NCBI RefSeq assembly: GCF_002105155.1
Contig: NW_019029001.1
Location: 124,001 to 188,000 of the forward strand
DNA from: Lobosporangium transversale
Taxonomy: Eukaryota
Reading direction: 5' to 3'
Length of the DNA: 64,000 nucleotides
Both the position numbers and the translations under genes were made by a program. The notes beneath the pieces were generated by a model. It saw only the letters and a list, made by a program, of their open reading frames with translations. It did not search any database and was not told where the DNA came from. Of the stretch, positions 14,105 through 27,836 are shown in pieces (the first letter of the stretch is position 1; each line of letters starts with the position of its first letter).

Positions 14105-16132
14105 CCCTCTTTTCTCTTTCTTTCATTGTGCGTGTTTGCACGCCTTAAAAGAAGAGTCATCGCTCGTTGTTGCTGATCTGACATCATGTTCATTGAATTG
14201 TTTAGGGCCCCCAATTCATTTGGTGGTTGGGCCATGTGATGATGCTGGTGTCCACTGCATTTTATGCATTATATTGGATCACTTTCAATTCCAAAGCTGG
14301 AACGCATTGGTATACGCGTGCTTTCTTTGGAGCGCTTGTCAGCTACAGTGTCGTCGTCTATAAGTCATTCCCTGTAAGTAGCCATGTCACCCTCTATCTG
14401 TCTATTTTCGCTTTATTTGGCTGTGACTTTGGGTGCAGTGCCCACTTGATCCAGCGCTTTCGAATTGAATATTATTCATGTCAAATCGAATGGCAGTAAA
14501 CAGCAGCAAGTATTTGGTAACAGCAGCGTGCACAAATATACTCCACGGAGATGGCATCATCGAGTTGGATCAACTTTTTATTATACTCATGCTTTAATGT
14601 TATTTACTTTAACATGATTCTTGGCGTTCTGGAAAAGGGCTTTTGTCACCACACCCAATACCAACAGGTTGACTTCGAAGCAGGACTTTTTAATTTCATC
14701 TATCTCTCCTTTGAAGCAGCTTCTGCCTCTTACAATGATCAACACCTAGCTTAAAAAAAGTGCTTGCTTTTGCATTCTGTCATCCCTCGCCTTTGGAACC
14801 CTAACGACGAAGGAAAAAAAAAAAAAAAAAAAGAAAAAAAATGACGAAACATGGAGCAAAGAGAGAGAGTAGGATTTGTGAGAGAGCAAATGCTTAAACA
14901 TAAACAAACATGCATCGTTTTCTTCTGGTCACACCTGTTATCTCTTGGCGAAAAGAAAAGTGAAATTAAATTACGCGCAAACATGATACCTTTGTTTTCT
15001 ATCACACGGACTCGGGACTGCGGACTGTTCAAGGGGAAGGAGTGTATGCATGAAAAAGAAGGTGTTGACATGCATGGACCGTGCTTAATGCGTTTCCCTT
15101 CTCACTTTTTTTTTTTTTTTTTTTTTTTCTTTAAATTCTTTTGTCATGCGAATAGAATATCCAATTCACAGTAGAGTTTGTTCAGACTCTTTTTAGCGAG
15201 GTAAGGGAGCTTGCCAATTTTATTTGCATATTTTCCTGTAGTGTTCTTTATTGCAGTCTTTTAGTCGCTTAATTAAGAAATAATAAGTATTGATGCCTTA
15301 CATATGATCTCGATTGGTCAACCTAGGAAAATGTCCAATATCTGCTCATGGCTTTCTTCTGGTGGAGATCGACACCCATGCTTGGTAAGTAGTCCAAACG
15401 AATACTTAAAGGCAGAAAATATGGAAAGAAGGATAAATTGCATTTCGTTCAGACCAGTTTTTTTGACTGATGACTTGACTATTTTACGACCAAATGTGAA
15501 TACTTTCAATCCCCGCTAGCTCCTCTGATTCCGTATGCTATCTTTGCATTTTTCAACTCGCTCAACTATGCCAGAACAAATATCCTTCCTGCCATCTTCC
15601 CTTCACTCCCAGCTGGTACAACAGACCCTACTCATGCTTGGGTTGCCAATGTCTCACGCAAGATTCAAGTTTGGACTGAAAAGAACCATGCAGGTGCCAT
15701 GGCTTTTGTCGCCTACGTCGAGGTTGTTGGAGTCATGGGCTCGTTAATCTTTGGTGCCATTACGTATGTATCTTTCCCTTTCACTTGAATAACATAGACA
15801 TTATCAGTGCATCTCAATAACTAATAATGACACGTATTTTTTTTTTTTTTTTTTTTTTTTTTTGCTTTATTTTATTTTATAGCTTCCAATCGTCTTTCTT
15901 ATCGCCTATTGTGTATGCCAACTTCCTGCGCTTCCGTTATTTTTTCTCTTTGCACACCCGTGCTGCGTTCGCATTAATCCGTGCACGCCTTGACAATTTG
16001 ATTGTGCCTCCAGGCGGCAATCCCAATGTCCCACCAGTAGTTGCTCAAGGATACACCACTATCCGTGGCGCGATCACACGCTTTGGTCAAGCCGCTGTTC
16101 AGCAGCCTGCTGCACATGCTCGTGCTCAATAA
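13642..16132 (+). CDS. POM33: Pom33/TMEM33 family ER/nuclear-envelope membrane protein, 6 exons: 13642-13698, 14206-14373, 15156-15200, 15327-15384, 15520-15763, 15883-16132
   Basis: Spliced product contains QFIWWLGH, FFGALVSYSVVVYK, EENVQYLLMAFFW, IPYAIFAFFNSLNYARTN, YANFLRFRY; all introns GT..AG and phase-consistent. Confidence 0.85.
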
Positions 16133-16556
16133 AACGGAAGTAGCCCACGTGACATACCACAGATTGAATTTGTTTGTGGAATTTTTTTAGACGCATTGGA
16201 TCAGATATGAAAAGAGAAAATAAAAATCAATGTTAATGTCGCCACGGCGACATAAGCGACAATAAAACAGGAATCAATAAAAAAAAATAAAAAAAAAATA
16301 AAAAATCGATAGTATAAATATAAAAATACCCCATTGTGGCCAAGAAGGATCATTGAAAAGCATTGGCCTGTTGCTACAGCAGTAAAAAAGCGGACCAAAC
16401 TATCGGAGGGTAATAACCTTTTTGTAGAGCCCATAATGACATGACAAAGAACACTTGTTATGTGGAAACTTTTTTCTATTATTCAGTACTTTTGAAAGAA
16501 GCCTTTTGTGTAGAAGCTAGATGTGTTCTACAGTAAAAGTTACAGTAAAGGCAATC

Positions 16557-16592
<36 letters not shown>

Positions 16593-16778
16593 TACTTTTC
16601 AACTGCTTTCGCCAATCTCTTACATGCGCTTTATTTTTACTCTGTAGCCATTTTTTTCCGTTAGTTGACTTTTTTTTTAAACCCACTTCCTTTCCTGAAA
16701 TTCTAGTACAGGATAGCTCTTCGTTCTACAAGGGGTCATCATTCTGAACGCAATCATAGATACAAGCACAGGCACGAC

Positions 16779-19700
16779 ATGAACAATCGAAATCATGACA
16801 CGGTCATTTTATCCTGTACAACCAATAATGTTGATCCTTTGAGAGTAAAAAGTAAAAAAGAGGTCTTTTTACGTAGTAAGTAGTCTTATTTAGACAATAG
16901 GGGGAAAAAAGAGTATCTGGGTATGACTGACTGGCTGTTTAGCTGACTGACTTATATATATATATATAAATAGTGGGTCGAAGAATCAGAAATGCCTTTG
17001 AAAGGCACAGTCGTAACGAAGCAGGCAGGCCTGCGATGATGATGACCATCCCTAGATCGCTCCAAGGGAGTTTGGTTGTCGAGAAGGAAGATGGCCTGGA
17101 TAATGAAGCTACCCCCAATGTCAGTACCAAGATAAGATCAATCGAAAAAGCATCAGCAGCATCTGTTGTCCAATACCATGGTAACTATGATGGTCATAGC
17201 ATTTTCAACGATAGAAGTAGCGATGGCTCAGGATCTGCCAGAGATAGGGTGTCTTCCCATCTTCTCAACAAAGCAAGCCCCATTATTCTCACATCTTCCC
17301 CTCCAAGGCCTTATGCACAACAATATCCGAGTCCACTCGTACAGACTAATGTCCACGTAAATCCGAGGGTTGTCAAGTTCCAGACCATGACGGAGGCCCT
17401 ACAAGCTCACAAAGCAAAGCGACGAGGGCATGAAAATGAGACACTCCTACAGCAAACACAGGAACAAAAGCAAATAAAACACCAAAAGCCTCGAGATCAC
17501 TATAGTGGCAAAGGGGTAAACAGGGTCAGTGATGGGGAGTATGGTAGCTATGCGGATATAGGGGAAAGTGATTGTCGACCTCTGCGTTCCAGAACTAATC
17601 GATCAACATCCAAGGATGAGCAAGCACCTAAAGTTTCTACTATTCCTGTTGCTATTGCTGCTACTGCACCAGAAGAAGAGACCAAGAACAGGCTCATTAA
17701 CAATAATTCGCCTGCACACCTAGCAGAAAGCAAGCGAATTAATAATAACTGGATGGATCAGTATCAGGATTACTGTATGACTAACGGCTATGACGGAAAC
17801 ACACATAAATCCGCCTCTTTATATCCACTTTCATCCTCATCCTCCAGCTCCCCTCCTCCGCTCTTTCGTGCCGGCAGTAGTGACATTGCCAGCCACAATA
17901 GTCATGGTAGGGATATGGCTGACGTGAACGATGTTCAGGAGGATCACAATGAAGGACAGGGTTTCATAAGCTGGACAGATCATTTTATTGCGCTCCACAG
18001 CACCTACAGGGACCGCCTTGCGTTACTCCACTTTCGGCTTTGTGCAGAGGTACATCAGCTCCTGCTTTTGCATCGACATGCGATACGGCATCTCCAGACT
18101 CAAATTCTACGCACAGTTGGAGAACTAGAGCCTCTGCTGTCGGACACAATCCATAACAAGATGTTACCAGAAATGGCTCGAGATTTAAAAGATCAACAAA
18201 GCTGTTGTCAGGCCGTTGGTAAAGTTATTCGGCGAGAGTTACGGCATGGAATGCTAACAATTTCTTCAGTAGAGAGTGACTTTACTGGAATTTATCTCCC
18301 AGAGGATGATGGCGGTTTCTTTGAGAAGGAAAAGAGGAAGGAAAAGGAAGAGAATGAAGAGGATGTAGAGTGGACACTCTTTGGATGGTCTGAATCGCAA
18401 AAGCCATTCGAGAGCTGGCGAGATGTCTCTATTGCACGACAGAAGCTACACAACATTGAAAGTAAAGAGAAACAGCCTCTGGAGATACAGTCTTATAATA
18501 AGGACGATGAAAGTGTGAGGCGGCGGAAATATTTCGGTACTGGCGGTAATACTAGCGATGCTGACATTGATATTATTGCTACTGTCGCTATGGTTCCTGT
18601 CAAGGATCTTCATGACCAAGATGGGAATACCAACGACAGCGCTTTGGTGCTGCGCGAGCACAGCTGTCATGGTCATAATCCCACCCGCAGCTTTAACCAC
18701 AGTAGTAGGGACGATTACCACAAATATGTTTCTCAAATAAGTAACAAGTGCAGCAACAGCAATAGCACTAGTATTAACAGCCCTCTGCTTCGTCCTTCTT
18801 GCATTTCAAGGCTACAGCCCGAGCCCATATCAGCATCGTCTTTAGTTGATACCGAATCGTGCAAATGCGCCCGATCAACTGTTTTATCAACATCGCTTTT
18901 GGATGTGCATGTTAACACATCTACTACTCGACCAAGGACCCGTCGAGGCGGACAATTTTGGCCTATTTCATATACTCCCATAGAATCTCATCCCCCTGCT
19001 GCCACCAATATCACCATTTCTACCACACCTTGCAGACATAGCATACATGGCAAAAATGACTGTAGTAAGAGCAGCAGAAGGAGCTCTCAAGAAATACATT
19101 CCACGCGCTCATGCTCATATTCCATTCGTCAAAAACATTTAAAAAACCATAGCAATCGCAAGAGGCGAATCGGTCCTTCAGGGAATGGAGGGGCACTTCG
19201 GACGAGGATGACGGACAGCGTGCGGAACTTTTATCAAGGTGGAACCCATTTTCACTATGCGACTGCTCCTTGTTGTGTTCACTGGCACAGCGTCCACCAT
19301 AGCCATCACCATAGGAGCTGTATCAGAACCTCAAGTCCTGGAAAGGATAGAAGCGCGGAAAGGGATTACCACCGCCATCGATGTGGTCAATCGTATCAGG
19401 AAGATCATAATGACGAAGATAGCAGCAGCAGCGAGGTTGACGAAAAAGATAGGAATATGAGCCACGATCCTTCTACTAGCATGCAGGGTTGTTGTCTGAG
19501 ATACAGCATCCCGACCCATGGAGGCGATAGGTACCTTGATAAAAATGATGAAAGAGTCTATACAGGCCTGATGACAAGTAGGTGCAGAGATGGTAATCGG
19601 GAAGACCCCACCTCAGCGAAGCTTCAAAACGATGATATTTTTTATTATAATATTGCTGATACGGACATGGGCGTTAGTTCTGGTTGTAGAGGCAATGGTG

Positions 19701-20491
19701 ATACCCCCCATAACGGCAATGGTGATACCCCCCATAACGGCAATGGTGATACCTCCCATAACGGCAAAGGTAAAGCCGAGGTTCTGGACATACCATCATC
19801 TTCCAAAGCCGGCAATAACCGAGTCCACATCTCTCGTAACAAACCTTGTACTCGTCCGTGCCCAGGAACGCGGATTCAGATACAGACACAAAGCGTCACA
19901 CAGAGGCATAACAATTTGCCTTCTCGTAGCAGCACTTGCTCGACTTCATCATCTCAAGACGTTTCTTCTTTGTCCCTTATCTCACTACCTTCAATCACTC
20001 AAGACAGTGATAGTGTTGGAATTCGAGGCCGATCTGTTGTAGTGATTGACTTGGCTGATTGGGCAAAGGTTTACAAGTCTCAACTGCTACGCGAACGATG
20101 GGATGTCCAGGAACAAGAGCTGGAGCAGGAAGAAGCACAAGCACAAGTCTTGGCAAACAAAAACACCACATCGTTATTAATGTCATCCTCATCATCTTCT
20201 AAAAAGCAAAATCAAAGCCGACGAGGTAATCATAAGAAAGAAACCGACGAAGATTCGTATCCTCCAGATCAAAAATGGATTCGTGAGATGCATGTACAAG
20301 AGTCAACATTGCTTCTTGAGGGCCATCGAGAGGAGGCCAAGGCACTTCGAAGAGCACGAAGGGTCAAAATGGCACTGAAAACAGCCAGTGTCTATCATCT
20401 ATTGGATAATATCTATCAAACTCAGTGTCTTCCACATAACCATAACCGTCATTTTTATCGCAGTTGCGTGGTGGGATTGCAGAAGAGTTAG
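16779..20491 (+). CDS. Large low-complexity hypothetical protein (exons 16779-16875, 16974-20491)
   Basis: 1172-codon open frame; a short upstream ATG exon splices in phase through GTAAGT..TAG; no domain recognised. Confidence 0.7.
19691..19771 (+). repeat. 24-nt in-frame tandem repeat (GNGDTPHN x3)
   Basis: ggcaatggtgataccccccataac repeated three times (third with one substitution) plus a partial unit. Confidence 0.9.
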
Positions 20492-20682
20492 TTAGCATTT
20501 TTGAAATCTTAAAGTATCATAATATGGGTTTCTAAAGAGTAAAAAATAAAATAATGGGGACTTGAAGAGAGAGACAAAAAACAAGAAAGAGACGACTTTT
20601 TATTAACTCTTTCTAAACGAACTTAGTCAGTAGGTTCTTGTGATATTCTCCCCAGATACTTATTTCCTCCAGAATGCTTTGT

Positions 20683-21268
20683 TCAAGCTTCACTAGCGGC
20701 AGCAGTCTCGCTTGCAGCAGCAGCATTGGCCTCTGCAATCTGGAGCAAGTTCATAATGAGCTCTTGCTGCTCTAGCGTAGTGGCCTTTGTGAGCTCGTGG
20801 TATGAGGCAGGATTGTGTTGCTGGAGACCAGTCAAGACCTCACGAAAGACCACATAAGGATCCAGGTCATCCAAGGGCGATTCAAAGTAGATCTCTTCCT
20901 GCAGGCTGTCCGAGTCTTCATCGTCATCCTCATCATCGTCCTCTTCTTCACCGTCATTTCCAGTAGCTCGGGTCTTGGCAGCCTGCTGAGCCAAATACTC
21001 AAGGTACTCGTGACCTTCATCGTAGACATCCTCTTCATCATCCACCCACTCTTCTTCAATTTCATCATCTCCTGCAAGAGCGGCCTCGAGGGCAGTCTGT
21101 CCTTCATTATCACTATCTTCATCATCATCGTCATCGTCATCGTCATCATCATCGTCCGATCCAATATTGTACAGCTTTTCCATTTCCTTGCGCTCTGATA
21201 GTAAAAAAGAAAGTACAAACTATAGTCAATAAACAAAGAAGGAAAACCATAGATCATCAAAAAATAAC

Positions 21269-21301
<33 letters not shown>

Positions 21302-24051
21302 CGTGGGCTATAATGACGAACGACTTACTAGCTTGAGCAACAGGAAGACGTTCAAAATTGCGGAGAATGCCGTTCAAGACTTGAGGCCAAGCATTATGGA
21401 GGGTTGGAGGAAGTTTCTCCACAGGGACGTTGAGGATGGCACAGAGCGCAAATATGGATAGCTTCCTGTCATGGACACGCGTAAATTTGTCTAGGTTGGC
21501 AAACCAGACCTCAAAGAAGCGTTGAGTCCATTGGTTCTCTTCCAAAACGCGCAAAGTCTCCGTAGCATTGTAGTACAGAGCGTTCATTACAACTTCCGTA
21601 GCTTGAACGCGGAATTCTGTCGTTTCGATTCCCTCCTCAGGGGCCAAGTAATAAAAGACCAAGTTCAAGATCGGGGTCACATACTTGTCTACATGACCAC
21701 GACAGTTTAACAAAAATGATTCTGCCAACTTGCATGCCTGTATACGGTCATTCTCAGAAAGACGATCGCTCTTCATCACAGTTTCAATAATGTCATAGAT
21801 AGAATGCTGTACATTTGCGTTGGCGCAAAAGATCTCTTTGCCATAAGAGAGATAGTTATCAAGCGAGGGTAGCATTTCTTCCATAAAGTCCAGAGCCGAT
21901 TCCTTGAAAGTCTTGTAAATGAGTTCAAAGACGCCCCACATATTGGCGGAAATGGCCTTGGCAGAGAAGGTGCAGCTGTCAATGATTTCGAAGATGCCAT
22001 CGAATAGATCAATGATCGAGTTTTGGAGAGTAAAAGTAATGACAGGTAGGATTGCGACTTCAAGCTGGTTCAAGACATCGGGTGTACTCTCAAGGCTCAA
22101 AATCAAGGTACCCATAGTTTTAAGAACACCCATAGCAGCCATAGACTTGTCAGAGGTGTCATCATTTGCTTTATCCGTAAACTCATCGAGACCATCCGAG
22201 TTAGGCCCCATATCCGCACAGATGCGCATGAACGTGTCTCGAAGCTGCTCGCAGAGTTGAACAGCAAAGGGCGTCAGATCCTGTGCAAAGACCTCTACGA
22301 ATTCATCCATGACTTCTGACAAAGTGTCGATGTCGATTTGGTTCGTGATAGCGAGGAACTCATGCATAATAAACTGAAGATGAGGCTTCATGGCCTCACA
22401 GACAACCTCGTGTCGGATCATGGGACGAAGTGCCAGCGCGGCAGCAACCTTAACAGGTAGCTGATTGTCACGAAGGTTTTCCATCAAGTTGGTAAATGCG
22501 ATGCCAGTGTTGTTGGGATCTTCAAAGTCCAGGTCACTGAACTGATTAATCATCTCACAGGCCTACAGAAATAGGTTATAGAGATGTTAGTATTTGGTGT
22601 ACGTGTTTTCTGTTCAAAAATGTACTTAACCGTACAGTTTTTTTTTTGCTTATTCGGTGTAGCTTACACGAGCACGAAGGAATGGATATTGACTTTTGAA
22701 TTCAGTGAAGACGTGGTTGACAAAGAAAGGCTCCATATTGCTGGCAAGAGCTTTCTAAAAGTAGAAAAAGATAAAATAATAATAGTAGCAATGATAGTTC
22801 AGTATTAGCTGAAGAGTTTTGTTTTTCAACAATGAAGAATTAATACGGATTTTTTTATTTATTTATTTACTTTACCTTGCGCAGAATCATGGGAGCCAAA
22901 GCACCGATCATGACCAAAGCGCCATCCTTTTCCCTAGGGTTCTTTGCGTCTGCAGGAGATTCATTGTACTTTTGAAGAACATCATTGGCGAAAGAGAGAA
23001 CTTGCATGAAAGCATTCCGTCTATAACGGGCCATGACACTCATAAAGTTGATAGCAGCTGTGGACGGATTACTGAAATCCTCGAGGACATCTAAGATATC
23101 GCAGGGTTGGACAGTAAGGTTAATGAATCTGATTTGGTTTTCTTGACATGGAAACCATCATCTATCGTCTTTTTTTTTTTTTTTTTTTTTTTTAAACCTT
23201 ACCACTCTTGGCATGAACATATTCGACAGGATCATCAACCCAGAGGGCTTCATCAGCGGGTGTGAAGCATAGTTGTGGGAATACAAAATGGGTGATCAAA
23301 GTCACAGAATGAGGCTTCATCATGGACCAAATGTGCTTATCCTTGACACTATTTTAGACCACAAAATAAGAGGTAAGTCCAAAATCCAGCTATTTGTTAA
23401 TACGTTCAGGATCGAATAGTAAGAAGTAATAAAGAGCAGCATCTTTTACCTTTCCTCAAAAAAGTTGCCTATCAAGCAGAGGACGCGGGGGCTGAGCCAA
23501 GCTTGCTTTGCCACCCATAACTCAACTTGTTTCAAGTAAGCAGTCAAGATGTTGGGTGCAAAATTCTGAACAAATCCAGTGGCGAAGGTTTTAAATTTGG
23601 AATCAGAGGTCAACGCCGTAGGGTTTCCATAACGAGTATAGAGACGGTTCAAGCACTGGTACGCCCATCGTTTAGCCTTCCACCAAGGGTGTTTCTCTAG
23701 CTCATCCAGATCAGTGGGTAAACCCTCTGTGGGTACAGACTTTTCCACCATCTGAATAAACAGTGTGCCCCAAGGGATGAGTGAAGAATTGTCACGGAGA
23801 CGTTCTGAAAGATCCAGTTGAATGGTGTGGTGATAGCACTTGAAGATGATTTTGAGCATCTCTGCAGCCTCGACATTGTTGGCACTGATGAGTCTTGTGC
23901 CGATTTGTTGGATAGCTGGAAAGAATGATGAAATGATTTCCTCAACAGGCTCGCGATCTGATGATCTGAATCTACAAAAAGCAAAAACAAAAACAAAAAA
24001 TAAAAAATAAAAATCAACTTATGCTCTTGATCCACACATACATACATTGAA

Positions 24052-24083
<32 letters not shown>

Positions 24084-25084
24084 AAAAAAAAGATATACTT
24101 GTAAGCACGGGTGAGCTCCTTCAATGCTAAAAGTCCGACAAAGGCAATCTGAGGATCTTGAGATTGAAGTAAGGCTTGGACTTGAGCGAGGTAACCTGGG
24201 TATTTAGAAGGGAAATCATTCGAAAGGATCACACCAAGAATTGTGATCAATTGGGTACTAATTGTGATTGATCCACACGGTCCAAAAAGAAGACAAACGC
24301 ATTTATGATTAAATTAAGGCGAAAAACTATTATGCCTCAATTCAGGTATGCAGAAAAATAGCAATGATAATGTCAAAAAGGATAGAGAAGAACAAAAAGG
24401 AAAAAAGAGCGAATTTCTATAGGACAAGATGAGAAAGCGAGGCGTTACCGAACAACAGAAGGAGTACTAACAAGCAACTGGAGAATGTTGTCTTTGATGG
24501 TCTGCCTGTCATTATCTGAAATCTTGAGATGGGTCGGTGTAGACTCTGTCTCAAACCAATATCGCTTCACAGCATTCTTGAAGTAAATGGACGCTTTATA
24601 TATATGTCAATGTTTTGTAAGATTGGTTGTTTCCACCAAGGTCAATTGAATTGTTTTTAAAATATATCCAGATTTGTCTACGCTTATGAGGCAAAAAAAA
24701 AGTCTTTGCCCTTACCAGCTTGGCGTACATGTAACTCGGATTCTTCAGATCCAATAATCTGCATTGAGCAGAGAAGAGTACCCTGGGTACCTTCCAGCTA
24801 TATGTAGAATTAATCAATCATTGTCCATCATCAGCCAAAGTAATAATAATAAAAAAGAAAGCGCGCTTATACTATATGGAGACACATTTAACGCGTCAAA
24901 TACATTTTTTTTTGTTATAATACGCGTCAAATACATATCAGTTATAGTAAAATAATTATATGTAACGTGATTTTTTTTTTTTTTTTTTTTTTACTTGTTT
25001 GAGTTGTAGCTCTGCCTGCATGCGAATATTAGCATCAGGTTGAAATGTAGCCTGAAACAGATTATAAAGTGTCTGGATATCCAT
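20683..25084 (-). CDS. NMD5: Importin-beta family Nmd5/importin-7/8, multi-exon
   Basis: Starts MDIQTLYNLFQATFQPDANIRMQAELQLKQ (IBN_N); HPWWKAKRWAY, LPVKVAAALAL, TRVHDRKL motifs; acidic C-terminus ending ESPLDDLDPY. Confidence 0.92.
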
Positions 25085-25206
25085 GATATTCTGTAAAGTG
25101 AATTGAAATAAGGTTGATTTAGGATGAAAGAGGATGAGGATGAATGGAAGAAAGCGAGAAAAGGATTAAAGGGGTATGAAGAGGAAAGGTCGTCAAGCAG
25201 AGCCAA

Positions 25207-25240
25207 GTGTCAGTGTCAGTGTCAGTGTCAGTGTCAGTGT
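25207..25240. repeat. (GTGTCA)n microsatellite in the divergent importin/DLD2 intergenic region
   Basis: gtgtca repeated about 5.5 times. Confidence 0.85.
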
Positions 25241-25455
25241 TCAGTTTTATGTCTTGTGTTATTCAAGGTCAGGAACAGGAAAATAAAAAAAATAAAAAAA
25301 AAAAAGAATAAACACGACCGTTGTTGAGCAGTCACTTTTGACCTTTTTTTTTCCTGAGTCAAATGATCATCTAATTGCTAATCTCTCTCTTCTCTCTCTT
25401 TTCCACCTCCTCCACACATAAACACGCACGCATATTCCTTTCTTTTCTTCCATTG

Positions 25456-27836
25456 ATGCTTCCTATCAAGACTACTGTCGCTGCTGCACGCTTGCAAAGC
25501 TCTCTTCGCACTCAAGGAGTCCGATCCTTACAGCAACTGCTTCCGAAGAGTTCTTTCACCACAACTCAAATCATTTGTGCCACAAAAAATGCTCGCCTTG
25601 CTACTTCTTTCTCTGCTTCCTTCTTGACATCCTCGAGGACAGCGTATGCCTCGTCCATATCAGGAAGTAAATTACCCCTTACTGCTGACAAATACCCTTA
25701 TCTCAAGCGAAATCAGTCCTACAAGAAGGTCTCTTTTTTATTTTACTTTTTTTTATTTTTATTTATTTATTTTATTTTTATTTATCTTTATCTTTATTTT
25801 TATTTTTATTTTATTTTATTTTTATTTTATTTTATTTTTATTTAATTTTATTTAATTTTATTTTATGTTTATTTTATTTTTATTTTTATTTTTACTTTTT
25901 TAATTTTCGTCGGTATGAACCTCCTCGACTTTCTTCCTCCATCTTCCTAATTTGGCCTTTTCTTCTGGTACATATAGCTTGCGGATAAGGATATTGATTA
26001 TTTCAAATCTATTCTCGCTCCTTCAGCAATTTCCCAGGACGAGGAAGATCTGGAAGCTTTCAATATTGACTGGATGCAAAAATATCGTGGTCAGTCCAAA
26101 TTGGTGTTGAAGCCATCTTCTACTGATCAGGTTTCCAAAATCCTTAAATACTGCAATGATAACAAGTAAGACTCCAGCGTTTACTCACACTGTCTCCCTT
26201 ATCATCATCACACTTGTTATTTATAAAGAAATAGGAAGGAAAAAAAGAAAAAAGAAAAATAATGCTCACATGAGGATTGGGTGATGGGCGATTGCATTTT
26301 TTTTTTTTTTTTTAATCTTTGATGACTGATAGATTGGCAGTGGTCCCTCAAGGCGGGAATACTGGTCTGGTAGGCGGTGGAGTGCCTGTGTTTGATGAAA
26401 TCATTATTTCTACTGCTAACATGAACTCAATCAGAAGTTTTGATACTGTCTCAGGTATAAGCGATCGTTTTTTTTTTTTTTTTTCTCTCACCGATCCTAT
26501 GCTTCCTTATTTTAAGGCATTCGAAACTCTCTGATCGCTTTTCCTTTATTATTATTATTGATATTTATAGGCGCATTAGTATGTGACGCAGGGTGCATTT
26601 TGGAGGTATTAGACAACTATTTGGCAGAAAAAGGATATATTATGCCACTGGATTTAGGCGCTAAGGGGAGTTGCCATATCGGAGGCAATGTCGCCACGAA
26701 CGCTGGCGGATTGAGGCTTTTGCGTTATGGGTCCCTTCACGGTACAGTCCTCGGACTCGAAGCCGTCTTGCCCGATGGCACCATTCTGGACAACCTCTCA
26801 ACACTCCGTAAGGACAACACGGGTTATGACTTGAAGCAACTGTTCATTGGCTCTGAAGGAACTCTAGGCATCATCACTGGAGTCTCAATCATGGTGCCCA
26901 AACGCTCCAAGGCTGTGAATGTGGCACTTTTGGGCGTCAGTAGCTTTGAACAAGTTCAGGCTGCATACAAGAGATCTAAAGATGAATTATCTGAAATTTT
27001 ATCCGCTTTTGAATTTTTTGATGGAGCCTCGATTGATCTGGTCAAGAAGCATCTGGTCGCTGGCAAGAACGACCCTCTGGAGTCACAGCATCCTTTCTAT
27101 GTTCTTATCGAGACTAGTGGAAGCAACAAAGATCATGATGATGAGAAGCTGAACAGCTTCCTCGAAGGACTATTGACAGATGACATTGTTCAAGATGGCG
27201 TCATGGCACAGGACACAACCCAGTTTAAGAATTTATGGGCTATTCGTGAAGGTATCCCAGAGGCATGTTCCAAGACCGGATCAGTGTATAAATATGATCT
27301 CTCAATTCCTGTACCAGTATTTTATCAGATGGTTGAGGATATGCGTGCTCGACTTGATCAGGAGGGCGTATTGGGCGAAGATAAGGATGTTCGCTGTGTC
27401 GTCGGCTTTGGACACATTGGTGATGGTAAGAGAGGAAGGAAAAACGTAGAGGAAGAACAAAACAACAAATGACTGACATATATCGCATTTGATCACTTTA
27501 ATTGGAGTTGTTGTGATTCCTATGGCTTGCTGACATGAGCATCCTTGTAATCATTTTCTATTAATGCTATATACAATACAAATAGGAAACTTGCATCTCA
27601 ATATTGCTGCAAAAAACTATTCAGAAAAGGTGACCAATATCATTGAGCCGTATGTGTATGAATGGACGGCAAAGTACGCAGGGTCAATTTCATCCGAGCA
27701 TGGTCTCGGCCTTTTCAAATCGCCTCATCTTCATTACTCCAAATCGTCATCTATGATTCAGTTGATGCGACGAGTCAAGGATATGATAGATCCCAATGGA
27801 ATCATGAACCCATACAAATACCTACCCGAGAAGTAG
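25456..27836 (+). CDS. DLD2: Mitochondrial FAD-linked D-2-hydroxyglutarate/D-lactate dehydrogenase, multi-exon
   Basis: Basic N-terminal presequence; [72 protein letters not shown]. Confidence 0.93.

Noticed and set aside
25730..25976. (TTTTA)n tract extending ORF 25375-25845 with FYF repeats
   Set aside because: Lies within the first intron of the dehydrogenase gene
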